From Mobula hypostoma (Eukaryota), in the NCBI RefSeq assembly GCF_963921235.1, contig NC_086108.1, positions 65,722,001-65,786,000 of the forward strand: a stretch of 64,000 bases of DNA, given 5' to 3'. The notes beneath the pieces were generated by a model, which was given only the letters and a program-made list of their open reading frames with translations, was not told the DNA's origin and ran no database searches. A program made the translations under genes and the position numbers. Of the stretch, positions 1 to 13,390 are shown piece by piece; the stretch's first letter is position 1, and each line of letters opens with the position of its first letter.

Positions 1-985
1 ACATACTTCCATACTATGTGAGATTGCAGAGCTGTGTATCAGATACTGTGGTTAGCAGCACAGGGGCACCTCAGGGGACTGTTCTGTCACCCTTCCTGTT
101 CACTGCTTATACCGCGGACTTCTGATACAACTCAAGAGTCCTTCCACCTGCAGAAGTTTTCTGATGATTTGGGCAGTTTTGGGCTGTATCAGCCAGGGTC
201 AAGAGGCTGAGTACAGAAGAGTGGTGGACAACTTTGTTGAGTGGTGTGGGCTGAATCACCTGCAGCTCAACATCACTGAGACAAAGGAGTTGGTGGTGGA
301 CTTCTGGAAGATGAAATCACCCATCTCCATCAAGGGAACCGATGTGTAAGTCGTCCGGGACAATAAACTGGACTGGTCTAAAAATACAGGGGCTCTGTAC
401 AAGAAGGGACAGAGCCGACCATACTTCCTGAGGAGGCTCTAGTCATTCAACGTCTGCAGTACTATGCTACAGATGTTCTGCGACTCAGTGGTGGCCAGCA
501 TTCTATTCTACACTGTGGTTTACTGGGGCAGCAGGGTGAGAGCAGCTGATGCCAAGAAGATCAATGAGCTCGTCAGGAAGTGTGGTTCTGTTCTGGGGGT
601 GGAACTGGATTCCCTGGTGGTTGTGTCTGAGAGGAGGATGCTGCAGAAGCTACAGAGCATTATGGACAATCCCTCTCACCCCATCCATGACATGCTGGAC
701 TAACAGAGGAGTATGTTTAGTAACAGACTGATTCCACTGAGGTGCACCACTGAACAGCACAGGAGATCCTTTCTCCCTGTGGCTATTAGACTCTACAACA
801 TCTCCTCCTTAAGTATATAAGAATATGGTTTCATTGCACATCTGTATTTTGCACTTTTACTTTTTAATGCACATTTTGTATTATTTTTCATACCTCAGTG
901 CTTACAGTTTCCATTTTAAAGTATATATTTCTGAACTTTGCAACAATAATTTCCTTCTGGATAAATGAAGTTTTATGTTATCTTA
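1..985 (+). mobile_element. Rex1/Babar-type non-LTR retrotransposon, 3' part (RT C-terminus and 3' UTR), degraded
   Basis: Frames read GAPQGTVLSPFLF, then WCGLNHLQLNITETKELVVDF and SVVASILFYTVVYWGS...MDNPSHPIH. Frameshifts and stops are present; AT-rich tail at ~960-985. Confidence 0.8.
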
Positions 986-1934
986 TAACAGCCAAATATT
1001 GTATATTATTCTGCTGTAGTTTCATATAAGGTGTACTTCTTTATCAGAGGAGATACAACTGAATATTGTACGTCCAACTAACATCTCTTTTTCTGACCTT
1101 CTGAAGGAAGGAGCAACATTGATGAAGCAGCTGAAGATGGTTGGGTCTTGGATGCCACCTGAGGAGCTCCAACAGAGTTGTCCTGGCTGAGTTAATTAAC
1201 CTCCAGCCATGGTGACTCTTTTCCTCTGTACCACATATAACTCCAGTCAGCAGAGAAGGACCAACTTGGTTTCCTTTGGCTGCCTAATTCTGCTCTTAGT
1301 TAAAATGCTACCTTGATATTAAAACCAGTTATTCCTTCCTAATCTCTAAGTGGCAAGTCTTTAATCTATGTTTGGACTGATGCCGTGAAGAGGTCTTACA
1401 GAACTCAATATCAGCATCCTTAGAGTTTACTGTGGGTAAGTCCCATTGTTGTTGACCCCTTTCATTATTATATTAAAAACTGAGAACAGGCTAATAGTGT
1501 AGTATTTAACTGATTTACATTTGTTCCTCTTTTTTTCAGACTGAACAGACCTAGCAACTTTATACTTTGTTGGCCATATGCTAATTTTATAGTTAAAGTG
1601 AAATAGTTAGCTGCAAGTACAAATGGTTCCAGAACATAATACCTCATCTCTGCTGCTGAAATGAGGCTAAGATGAATCATCTTGAAACCCTTGACCTAAT
1701 ATGATTGTGAAAGCATTCTCTCAGTATTTTGCACGATGGGCAGGACTCATAGAAGCTCTTCTATATGCTAACTGGTGAATATCCTCACTTCCTGACATCC
1801 CAAAAGAATTTCTGCCATTTACAAAGCACATGATAGCTATGCAAAGGAACACCCCGCTTGCCAGGATTGGGGAAGCTCCAAAAGAACCCAGGAAGTTCAA
1901 CACTACTCAGTCAATAGAGTAGCCCAGGAAGCAG

Positions 1935-2190
1935 AGCTTTGGCAGCCACGGTTCAATGATGCTGTCTGTGTGAAGTTTGCAGGTTCTCCCTATCACAGTA
2001 TGGGTCTCTCCAGAAGCTCTCATTTCCTCCCACATCCTAAAGATGTGTTGATTGATAAGTTAGCCCTGGTGGAGGTGGGAGATGGGAGAATCAGGGCAGA
2101 GTTAATGAACACATGAAATAGGTGGAGGAATTGGTCTGATGGCATGCTCTGAGAACTGACATGGATTCAGTGGGACAAATGGCCTCTTTC
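1935..2190 (+). mobile_element. tRNA-derived SINE (HE1/V-SINE-like), degraded
   Basis: Core 'gctgtctgtgtgaagtttgcaggttctccc...tgggtctctccagaagctctcatttcctcccacat' resembles the copies at 25530 and 45352. Confidence 0.6.
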
Positions 2191-3879
2191 TATGAATCCC
2201 TATAGGGAAATATGAGAAGTGCATGCAGTTACTCATCTAGGCTACTCTAAAAGTACTTTTCAAGCGTGTGAAAAAGAGCAAAGGTATCAGAAACATGGAA
2301 GCATCACTGCCTCTTCATTCTCCTCTAAATTCCCATTGTGAGCTGTAGCATCTCCTTTTCATTGCTGCTGGGTGTAAATCCTGGGCTTCCTAGCCAGCAG
2401 CATTATTGCAAATATCTTCATGAGAAGGATGGCAGTGGTTCAAGAAGGTGGTTACTTATCAACTTTTCAAGAGCAATTAGCATTGGGCAGTAAGTGCTGG
2501 TCTTAGCAGCAATGTCCATATTCTGATAGGTAAGTAAGCAACAGCACTGTGATTTACCTGCCAACATTGTGACTGCCACAACAAGGCTCACGGATCTGAT
2601 TTCTCAGGTTTGAAACCGATCAATGGTGGTACACTTCGACGCAGCAACATCCCTGGGTCCAAGTAACTGTGTAATTGTTTGCCTTTTATGTCATTTTCAT
2701 GATTGCAGGACATGGCTGCATATTAAGAAAATCAAGTGCTGCAGGTCTACCCCATCAGTGAGTTGCTGAATAGTGACAGATCTGCACTTATTACATACCG
2801 TTACTGAGTTGTCACCTGGACTCGTTGCATACTAATGTTATGCTGATGGGGTGTGCGGTCCAACAGATGGTGCGAGTGATTGTCTTGGACATTTCTCTTG
2901 TGATCACAGGACCCTGTAGGACATTGGTAATGTAGAAAACTGCAAGTCCAGATCACTGGTTCATTTGCGAGACCGACGACAGGAAGCTACTTTCCCTCAG
3001 TTGTGGTGTGGTCTAGACCCTCACACAGCAGGGTCTTCTGTTGCAGCCGCCCAGGAGTGGAGACACTAGAGACGGAGTGGGAGAGAACAGCGGTCTCTGT
3101 GGGTGCGCTGGAATCCAAACTGGATTGGGGTCTGGCCCCTGCTGCTGGTGCTGGCCTCCAGTGTTTGCTCAGCGTTGCCCTCCAGTGTTCACTTGATGGA
3201 AGAACAAGCCAGACCAGGCCGATATCCCATACACCATCAATCTACAAACCAAGTCACTCAGGGGCTCGTGGACTTTTATTTTTGTGACTATGTTTTTCAG
3301 TTAACATAACCATATGTGCTATATGTGCATTGTGCTCTGTGATGATGGTAGTATGTTTTGCACCTCGGCCCCAGAAGAAAACGCTGCTTCATCGGCACGG
3401 ACTAGAAGGGCCAAGATGGCCTTTTTCCATGCTGTAATAGTTATATGGTTATATTTGGCTACATTCATGTATGGGTGAATGATAATTAAACTTGAACTTG
3501 AAGTAAATGGCATATTTTCCCCATCAGCCAAATATTTTGGGCTCTCTAAGTGCTGGTGTTAAGGTCAATAGCAAACACATGTTGGGATGTTTATAAAAGA
3601 AGTATTGGCCAACATTTTGATATGGGTTGAACCCATTGTAGTCAAGTCTAGATCAGTTTCTGACAGGCCCCATGGAATACCAATGCGGTGTACCATGCCT
3701 GTAATTCCAAGGCTTAGCTATTAGCAACAATTCATTGCAATAGGAAGTAAACACGCAATTGCTAGATTCCAGGGAACAATCTGTAGATTTTATGCATAGA
3801 GGTCGCTAGTAAAGCCAGCATTATTGCCCATCCTTAAATGCCACTGAGAAAATGGTGACGAGTCTCCTTTTGTCAATGG

Positions 3880-4410
3880 CAATTGATGTTATGCTGCAAT
3901 TACATTGGGATTGGTAAAACCACACCTGTAGTATTGTGCACACTGTACAGAATTAGCCACCCTATTAAAAGATGGAATAGAGCTGTTCCCTAGACTAAAC
4001 ACCTGGAATGGGCAGGAACAGTTGGACATGCTAGTCTTGTATCTTCTTTAAGTTTAGAAAACTGCAAAGATACTTGAGTGAACCATGCAAGATTCTAAAG
4101 GATCTTGGTGTATGTGAAGAGGATGCTTTCTTTTCTGGAAGAACTTAGGAGGATTATTCTTTGAAAATAAGCAGTTGCCTGGTCAAGAGAAGGTTGTAAC
4201 AAAAATATTTCTCTTAGATGATTATGGGTGGTTGGAAGGTGGAAGCAAAGACTTTGAATAATTGTAAGCTGGAGACACAAAACTTATCAGCAAAAGGGTG
4301 AGAGATTTCTGTATAAATATGGAATATGGAACTGAAAGTGTAATCAAATGAACCAGGATCATACTAAATGACAGAATGGGTTTGTGGTGCTAAATGACCA
4401 CAATCCCCAC
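3880..4410 (+). mobile_element. Old CR1-type LINE 3' fragment
   Basis: 'ttggtaaaaccacacctgtagtattgtg' (LVRPHLEYC-like) and 3' UTR similarity to the other CR1 copies; heavily decayed. Confidence 0.55.
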
Positions 4411-4856
4411 GTTTGTTATTCCCAAACTGCAGCAACCTTTCCATGAAAATACTCTGACAGTCCTTTAGTTTGCATGTTCTAGGATGCAGGCCCAGAGATA
4501 ACGGATGATTGACCATGTAGTTCCGAGTCAGGATGGTAGGTCCTGGTGCTCCTGTGAGTTTACGGTGCCTCTTGTTGGTAGCGGTCTCAGGTTGTGAAGT
4601 GTTGCTGGAGAAGTCCTGGTGAGTAATAACAGTGCATTCCCTAGATGGCACACCTACACTGTAGTTAATATTGTCACTGGTGGACGAATTCAATGTATTA
4701 ATGAATGAATGTCAATTAAGTGACATATAGCGCCAAGCTTCTCCAGCGCTGTTGAAACTGAAAGCGGACCCTGGGTCTCATGCTTCTGACTTGCAGATGT
4801 TCGAAAGGCTACACTTGCTACAGGATTCCCAGCCTTTGACCTTCCCTTGTGGCTTA

Positions 4857-6690
4857 TCATAGGAACATAGAAAATAGGTGCAGGAGTAGGCCATTTGGCC
4901 CTTCGAGCATGCATCACCGTTCAGTATGATCATGGCTGATCATCCAACTCAGAACCCTTACCAGCCTTCCCTCCATACCCCCTGATCCCTTTAGCCACAA
5001 GGGCCATATCTAACTCCCTCTTTAATATAGCCAATGAACTGGCCTCAACTGTTTCCTGTGGCAGAGAATTCCACAGATTCACCTCTCTCTGTGTGAAGAA
5101 GTTTTTCCTAATCTCGGTCCTAAAAGGCTTCCCCTTTATCCTCAAACTGTGACCCCTCATTCTGGACTTCCCCAACATCGGGAACAATCTTCCTGCATCT
5201 AGCCTGTCCAATCCCTTTAGGATTTTATACGTTTCAATAAGATCCCCCCTCAGTCTTCTAAATTCCAATGAGTATAAGCCTATTTCATCCAGTCTTTCAT
5301 CATATGAAAGTCCTGCCATCCCAGGAATCAATCTGGTGAACCTTCTTCATACTCCCTCTATGGCAAGGATGTCTTTCCTCAGATTAGGGGACCAAAACTG
5401 CACACAATACTCCAGGTGTGGTCTCACCAAGGCCTTGTACAACTGCAGTAGTACCTCCCTGCTCCTGTACTCGAATCCTCTTGCTATAAATGCCAGCATA
5501 CCATTCGCCTTTTTCACCGCTTGCTGTACCTGCATGCCCACTTTCAATGACTGGTGTATAATGACACCCAGGTCTTGTTGCACCTCCTCTTTTCCTAATT
5601 GGCCACCATTCAGATAATAATCTGTTTTCCTGTTTTTGCTACCAAAGTGGATAACCTCACAATTATCCACATTAAATTGCATCTGCCATGAATTTGCCCA
5701 CTCACCTAACGTATCCAAGTCACCCTGCATCCTCTTAGCATCCTCCTCACAGCTAACACTGCCGCCCAGCTTCATGTCATCCGCAAACTTGGAGATGCTG
5801 CATTTAATTCCCTTATCCAAGTCATTAATATATATTGTAAACAACTGGGGTCCTAGCACTGAGCCTTGCGCTACCCCACTAGTCACTGCCTGCCATTCTG
5901 AAAAGGTCCTGTTAATTCCCACTCTTTGCTTCTTGTCTGCCAACCAATTCTCTATCCACATCAATACCTTACCCCCAATACCGTATGCTTTAAGTTTGCC
6001 CACTAATCTCCTGTGTGGGACCTTGTCAAAAGCCTTTTGAAAATCCAAATATACCACATCCACTGGTTCTCCCCTATCCACTCTACTAGTTACATCCTCA
6101 AAAAATTCTATGAGATTCGTCAGACATGATTTTCCTTTCACAAATCCATGCTGACTTTGTCCGATCATTTCACCGCTTTCCCAATGTGCTGTTATCACAT
6201 CCTTGATAACTGACTCCAGCAGTTTCCCCACCACCGAGGTTAGGTTAACCAGTCTATAATTCCCTGGTTTCTCTCTCCCTCCTTTTTAAAAAAGTGGGGT
6301 TACATTAGCCACCCTCCAATCCTCAGGAACTAGTCCAGAATCTAAAGATTTTTGAAAAATTATCACTAATGCATCCATTATTTCTCGGGCTACTTCCTTA
6401 AGCACTCTGGGATGCAGACCATCTGGCCCTGGGGATTTATCTGCCTTTAATCCCTTCAGTTTACCTAACACCACTTCCCTACTAACATGTATTTCCCTCA
6501 GTTCCTCCATCTCACTGGACCCTCTGTCCCCTACTATTTCCGGAAGATTATTTATGTCCTCCTTAGTGAAGACAACCCCAAAGTGATTATTCAATTGGTC
6601 TGCCATGTCCTTGCTCCCCATAATCAATTCACCTGTTTCCGTCTGTAGGGGACCTACATTTGTCTTAACCAATCTTTTTCTTTTCACATA
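4857..6690 (-). mobile_element. Young 5'-truncated CR1 LINE (ORF2 RT region)
   Basis: ORFs 6286-6711, 5347-6234 and 4930-5331 give [54 protein letters not shown] and LVRPHLEYCVQFWSP. Few frameshifts; short-repeat tail near 4857. Confidence 0.95.
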
Positions 6691-7700
6691 TCCTGTCAAG
6701 TTGTTGGCCAATACCTTTCGTAATTATAATGGACTATGTTCAGTTTGTCTAAATGGTAGCTGGAGCCAGGCCATGCAAAGATTGTGCGCTCATTACGTGA
6801 CCAAAGGAAACGTGTAAGCCTATTTCCTGGTTTACTTCACTCACTACACATCGGGTCCTGTACTCTAAAACGTCAAAGGATTCAGTATTAGAGCCCACTG
6901 TGCCATTCCACAGCCTTGTCTGGCTTCCTGAAACAAACGCTGGTCTTTTTACCCTCACATACGCTACAGTAACGGGGATTGTGCGGAAGTAGCAGGATAG
7001 TTATCCAACAATCCTTAACGAATTTATTTGCAGCCGGACCGTCCAGAAGTTACTGCTCTGAACTCGTTTGCATTTAATTCGGGTTTAAGTTACGTACTGG
7101 AAATGACATTGTGGTGAGAGAGGTTAGTTCCTCGCAACAGTAAACAAGGTCCAAGTCCCGTTGCGTCCATGAATAGAAGTAGTGACCAGCCGAGAGACAC
7201 AAACCAATGCGTACTTCACCTATTCTGAATCACCCCCTCCCTGAAACTTCCCCGTGCATGGTTCTAAATTTAGGCTGGACAGAGTAATAAACACGATAAT
7301 GAAACCCGAACGGGAAATATCCTTCCGATGGATTTCAATATCTTCTTTCCGGGAAAAGTACACAGCGCGGATCCCATCACTGGCTTTAAACTGCTAAAGG
7401 ATGAGTGGTTTTATTGTTCGTTAAGGTCCTACAATGTTTCGAAACAAAAGACTTCTATTTGAGTGTTAAATCGCTGATAGTTTAATTTTCAGAGGTAACG
7501 AAACACTCGTGGAACTGTTTCATGTAATTTGTGTAATATGATTCACCTGTCTTTGTTAACAGACATTTCACAATGGTAATACGTTCAGAGACTTGGCAAA
7601 GCCGTATGTTTACACCGAAAGCTGGAATTTGAGTTTCGTTCAGTTTCGGAGCAATGCTAATCGCCGGGTTTACAGGTTAAATTAAACGGTGTTTACTTAC

Positions 7701-7764
7701 CGTTCTGGGCATGTACCGAGACGAACGCGAGAAAAATGCAGCAAAAGCGAAGGCTGTGAAACAT
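7701..7764 (-). CDS. PDZK1IP1: First coding exon (signal peptide MFHSLRFCCIFLAFVSVHAQN) of a small membrane protein, probably PDZK1IP1/MAP17; remaining exons not identified in the window
   Basis: ATG at 7764 is followed by 21 codons plus 1 nt and a consensus phase-1 donor G|GTAAGT at 7701/7700. The peptide is hydrophobic with a VHA-Q cleavage-like site, in CpG-rich non-repetitive sequence. Same strand and downstream of TAL1, the known vertebrate TAL1-PDZK1IP1 synteny. The identity rests mainly on synteny. Confidence 0.65.
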
Positions 7765-7879
7765 TGCGGGCTTCAACCGGACTCCGGACTCCGAGTGGAC
7801 CTTATCGCTGCCTGGGTGCACACTGGCTGAGATTTGGCATTCCTGGGGATCTAGCTCCGTGTCTGTCCACCACACCTCC

Positions 7880-8260
7880 TCCACCTGACATTTCCTGTAG
7901 CGTCGCAAGAGTTTTTTTTAAAATAAGGAAAGTTGAACTTCACCTCATTACTGTCACACGGAATCAGCAATCATAACTTCGCAGCAAATAAGGACTTTTG
8001 GATGAACAGCTCTAGGGTAATATTGCTGCTCCTTTCTCGGGAATCTGCACTTACTGCTGGCGTAACTCCAGCCTAGTGCTAAACATGGTAGCCCCAGGAA
8101 GTGCTGTACGTTTGTTTTGTACTCCTTTAGTGTTCTGGGAGAAGCAAACACTTTGGGCCACTCTTCCCCGGAGGCAAAAATAAGCAGTTACACATCTCCA
8201 CTGTGGCCATAACCGATCAATTCCACCCCCCCCCCCCCGGCTACCCTCCCCTCCGCCGGC
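7880..8260 (-). promoter_or_regulatory. Putative promoter of the PDZK1IP1-like gene
   Basis: TATA-like TATTTTAAAAA (minus, ~7916-7926) lies ~150 nt upstream of the ATG. CpG enrichment over ~6.7-8.4 kb; GC-rich tract at 8225-8260. Confidence 0.4.
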
Positions 8261-8414
8261 CCATGCAAATCAAATGAAGATTATTGCATCTCCTCTGGCT
8301 CCACTTTCCCTCCTTGATTCATTCGTTGCCCTCAGAGATATCGCCTCCTGAGTATCAATATCTTTGAGGACCTGAGCTCGAGCGGTGCCTCAGGAAGCCG
8401 GCGTCCATCTTTGA

Positions 8415-8730
8415 GGGTTCCCACCATCCAGGACATGCCCTTTGCTCACTGTTACCGCCAGGAGGGAGGTACACACTCAGTGACTCAGGAACGGCTTCTT
8501 CCCCTCTGCCATCCCATTCCTAACTGGACGTTGAACTCATGAACTCTACCTCACTACTTTTTTATTTATTTATGGTGTTTGCACTACTTATTTTAACTAT
8601 TTAATAATTATATATACTTACTGTAATTTGTCCCCCCCCCCATATTTATCATGTATTGCATTGTACTGCTGCAGCAACCGTTAACACATTTCACAACGGA
8701 TGCCTGTGATATTGAACTTGATTCTGATTC
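8415..8730 (+). mobile_element. Rex1-type LINE 3' end fragment
   Basis: 'caccatccaggacatgccctt...caggaacggcttcttcccctctgccatc' and a ttgattctgattc tail. Confidence 0.65.
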
Positions 8731-11700
8731 TTACTCACTTGGACTTCTCTGTATCCACTAGGTGCACCTCCTGATCTCATCCCTGATAAAGATAGGCGTT
8801 TGTTTTATTTTGCCTCCACTTGCTCAACCCCCATCATGAAATCTTCTCAAGCATTACCCCTTCCTTGCTGTGCTCACCTGTCATACCCTCTCATACACAA
8901 CACACTATTCTAGTAAGTCAGCAGATCATCATCCTATCAACATACTACCAGCAGGAGTAGGTTCCAGAGCCCATTATTCCCGTAGTAACCTCTTGCCTGG
9001 TTCACATCGAGAGTCTTGCTCACTCTGCCTTTAAAATGTTAAAGGACTCTGCTTCTCTCACTATTTGAGGAGGAGAATTTCAAAGATTCTTGACCCATTG
9101 ATAGTAATTTCATTTCAGCTCTTTGTCGGTGATTCATTATTGGTGAATTTATTAGTTCTGATTCTCCCACAAGAAGAAGCATTTTCACATCCAATCTATC
9201 CCACCTCCTGGGAACTAATCACTCTCCTAAGAGTTATGAACGTAGTCTGTCCACCCTTTCCTCATAAGACCCTTTCCAGATGTTATTACAATAAACCTTC
9301 TCTGAACTGCTTTTTAATATTCTCCTTTTTAAATAAGCAGACCAACATGATGAATAGCACTCCTGGTGTAGTTTCATCAATACTCTAGCTAACTGAAGCA
9401 AAGCCTCTTTATTCCACTACACAACTTCTATTTTCAACATTTCTTTACTCACAAGATGTACAATAAATTATGTGCAGGTTGTCATCAGACACAATAGATT
9501 TGGTATTAGGTCCATGACCTATGTCATGGGTTATTTTTTTAAATGAATGTCAGTAATTCGAGGAAAGCTGTTGATCTAAGGATGATAAGCTTCTTTCTTA
9601 CATTGTCTGTTCTGGAGCTGGCAAAGATGCTGGAAAACAGTAGCAGCAACTGGACTGAGGCAGAGGTGGAGGTATAAAGCCTTTACAATAGAAAGGATAT
9701 GAGCTAAATAGGATGGCAGGATGGGATCAGGTTGGTTAGCATAGACCAATGTCCAAGGAGTAGGATGAAATAATTGAAAAGGACTGAGCAATTGGAAGTT
9801 GAGGGTGAGAAATGCAAAGACTCAGCACCTGGCACTGATAATGTCAAAAGTATTGCTTCCTCAGAATCCTTATATGGTTATGATAGAATGCTTGATGCTG
9901 AACACAAATATAATTTCAGACTACTTGTATCACATAGGAATTTGGAGAAACAAGAAATTAACTTTTTTTGAATATAATATGTTTAATTGCAAAATTGTGC
10001 TAACGCTTTGCAAAGGTTCAACTAAGCTAAAAATGTTTTGTTGATTACTTTTGCTTGTTCTTGGTGTCTGAAGCTTCTCACTTAAGTGACCAAAAGTAAT
10101 CAGCCAGCACTGATGGATTCCAGTTGCCCTGATACCATTTCTCTATGACCATAATGTCCTGGTGAAACCTATCACCATGCTCATCACTGAGAGTGCCAAG
10201 ATTTGCAGAGAAGAAGTCTAAATGAAAATTCAGAAAATGAATCTCATGCACTTCGTGGTTTTGTATGCTGGAAGTATGTTGTCAACTGGCTGCACATAGG
10301 TGCTCTGTAGTTCTTCCATGCTATTTTCTGCAGTCCCACACACAAGAAGTTCTTCAAATTACCTGTCATTGATGGCCTGTTTGATTAGTGGACCAACAAA
10401 AATGCCTTCCTTAATCTTGGCATCAGTTATTCCTGGAAACATCTGTTCAAATATCGAAATCCATCATGGACATTTTTGTGCCTGGTGACAACAGATTCCA
10501 TCCTTGCTGTCTTAAACCCAGTAATTCTACTTTTCCTTTGACAAACCCAAGTCTCTGACCAGATCATTTAACTCAGATTGAGTTATCAGATGAGGCTCAC
10601 TTGACCATAAAGGGTTCAAAATCTGTATTAGTATCTGTGTTGTTTTCCATCCCTGGCTTGTGCATCATGGCATCTGCATCTGTCTCCTCTAGACTCCATG
10701 TCTGTGCTGGCTTTGGCACTGGAAGACTATCACCATGCAGCACAGGTTTCATGGCTAAAGGGAGATTGGGGTATACAATGAATTTCTTGATTTTAGCAGT
10801 GAAACCAGACACACTGGTCAGATGGAAGTAGCAGTCTGTCATAAGAGAGCTTTGACTAGAGACCAATCTGGACTTCAGAGTTTTGAGAGGAGGGGATTTC
10901 AATCAGGTCCACTGCCCAAACAGACAACACAGCAGCGGGTCACTACAGGAAAAAAGAGCTTTGACCAGCAGCCAGTCAGCATTTGGGATTGATCAGCAAG
11001 AGCAAATTAAAAGAAGGCAGGGACAAGCTCAGAGGCTGTCGTCACAGCAGCTGTCAGATGAGTGGACAGGGTCAGAGTGGTGATCTTGAAGCTTTAGCAA
11101 AGGGAGGCTTCAGTCAGAGAAAGCAAAGGAAAGAAAAACTCAGGGTTGCTTTTTTCCCCTTCCCTTTATATCTGCTCAGCTGGGAAAATAGAAATGCCAG
11201 GCAGAATAGTTGAATGCACCTCTTGCAGGATGTGAGAAGGCAGGGAGACCTCCAGTGTCCCTGATGACTACAACTGCAAGAGGTGCATCCAGCTGTAGCT
11301 TCTAACAATCCACGTTAATGAGTTGGAGCTGGAACCGCGTGAACTCTGGATCATTCGGGAGGGTGAGAGGATGACTGGACATATAGAAAGATAGTTACAC
11401 CCAAAGTGCAGGACACAGGAGACTGGGTGATGGTCAGGAAGGGGAAAGGGTTAAGGAGCCAGTGCAGAGTATCACTGTGGCCGGCCACCCCCCCCCCCAA
11501 CAACAGGTATATCACTTTGGATACTGTTGGGGGTGTGGTGGGGGGAATGACCTAACAGAGGAAAGCAACAGTGGTCGGGTCTCTGGCACTGAGTCTACCT
11601 CTCCAACTCAGAAGGGAAGAGGGTAGAAGAGGCACGCTGTGGTGATAGGGGATTCATTAGTTAGGGGAATAGACAAGAGGTTCTGTGGGCGAGAATGAGG

Positions 11701-12431
11701 TTCTTGGATGGTATGCTTTCTCCCGGGTGCCAGGGTCCAGGATATCTTGGATTGAGTTCTCAGCATTCTTAACAGCCAGAAGTGGTGGGCCATGTAATGA
11801 CATGGGTAGGATGAGTGACAATATTCTGTATGGGGAGTTCAGGGAGTTAGGTGCTAAGTTAAAGGGCAGAACCTCCATGGTTGTGATCTCAAGATTGCTA
11901 GTGAAGCTAGAACTAGGAAGATTATACGGTTTAGTACAGTATAAGCAGCTGGTGTAGGAGAGAGGGCATAAGATATTTGAATCACTGGGTTCTCTTCCTG
12001 GGAGGTGGGACCTGCACAGACGGGACAGTTTGCACCTGAACTGGAGGAGGACTACTACCCTAGTGGGAAGGTTTATTGATGCTGCACAGTGGGGTTTGAA
12101 CTAGAGTTGCAGGGGGATGGGAACCAGAGAGCCAGAATAGTGAGTGGAGAGGTTGTGGAGTCAAATGTTGGTAAGACCTCAGACAAAGTTAGGAATCAAA
12201 ATGTTGGGCATGGTGTAACTAGTGTCCTGAGCTACATATATTTCAATGCAAGAAGTATCGTTGGAGAGGAGGATGATGGTGCTGAATATGAAGTAGCTGG
12301 TTTACAAACAGGGATAATAAGGAGAGGCTGTTGATAGGCAAAATTGCAGTCAACAGGATGAGTTGGAACATAAAGGGTGGACAAGATCAAAAAGGGTGAA
12401 TGCAGGACTGAAAGTGTTATATTTGAATGTG

Positions 12432-12588
12432 CAAACACAAGGAAATCTGCAGATGCTAGAAATTCAAGCAACACACACAAAAAATGCTGACCCACATCAG
12501 GACGAAGGGTCTCGGCCTGAAATGTCGACCAACCTCTTCCTATAGATGCTGCCTGGCCTGCTGTGTTCACCAGCATTTTTTGTGTGTG
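12432..12588. mobile_element. Penelope-derived short fold-back element with degenerate hammerhead motif, inserted in CR1
   Basis: Matches the 3' end of the Penelope copy at 18440-18575. 13-bp TSD ATATTTGAATG(T/C)G at 12419-12431 and 12589-12601. Confidence 0.8.
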
Positions 12589-13390
12589 ATATTTGAATGC
12601 GTGCAGTTTACGGAATAAAGTGGATTAACTTGTAGCAGATTTACAGATTGGCAGGTATGATGTTGTAGGCATCACTGAATCATGGATTAAGGAAGATTAT
12701 AGCTGGGAGCTTAATATCCAAGGATAAACATTGTATCGAAAGGATAGGCATGAAGGCAGAGGGGATGGTGTTGCTCTGTTGGATAAAAAATTAAATAAAA
12801 CTATTAGAAAGAGGTAATATAGGGTCAGAAGGCATTGAATCATTGTGGATAGAGCTAAGGGTAAAAAGACACTGAAGCAAGGGTAAAAAGACACTGATGG
12901 GATTTGTATATAGACCCCCAAACAATAGTTAGGATTACAAGGGGACATAGAAAATGCATACCAAAAGGGCAATAGTCATGGGGATTTCAATATGCGGGTA
13001 GATCGGGAAAATCAGGTTGGTGCTGGATTCCAGGAGGAGAAATTTCTGGAGTGCCTATGAGATGGCTTTTTAGAGCGGCTCGTGGTTGAGCCCGCTACGG
13101 GATCAGCTATTCTGGACTGGGTGTTCAGCAATGAACTAAAATTGATTAGAGAGCTTAAGGTAAAAAAAAATCCTTAAGGGCAAGGGATCATAAGATGATT
13201 TAATTCACCCTGAAATTCGAGAAGGAGAAGCTAAAGTCAGATGTCTCTGTACTACAGTAGAGAATGGGAATTGCAGAGACATGAGAGCAGAGTTGGCCAG
13301 AATTGATTGGTAAGGAACACTGGCAGGAATGATAGCAGAGCCGTAATGCCTGGAATTTCTGGAAGCAATTCAGAAGGATCGGGATATATG

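Noticed and set aside
1721..1903. Hydrophobic ORF (ILASGVFLCIAIMCFVNG) as PDZK1IP1 transmembrane exon 2
   Set aside because: No good acceptor and no PW..G..AV or W/C motif. IAIMCF and HQLAYR look like decayed Rex1 RT motifs (IMKCF, QFAYR).
4636..4655. CTCF-like CCCTAGATGGCAC
   Set aside because: Imperfect match in what appears to be decayed LINE sequence. Similar weak matches near 2860 and 26000 were also not reported.
5336..6040. Plus-strand ORFs of 93 and 134 aa
   Set aside because: Antisense shadows of CR1 ORF2.
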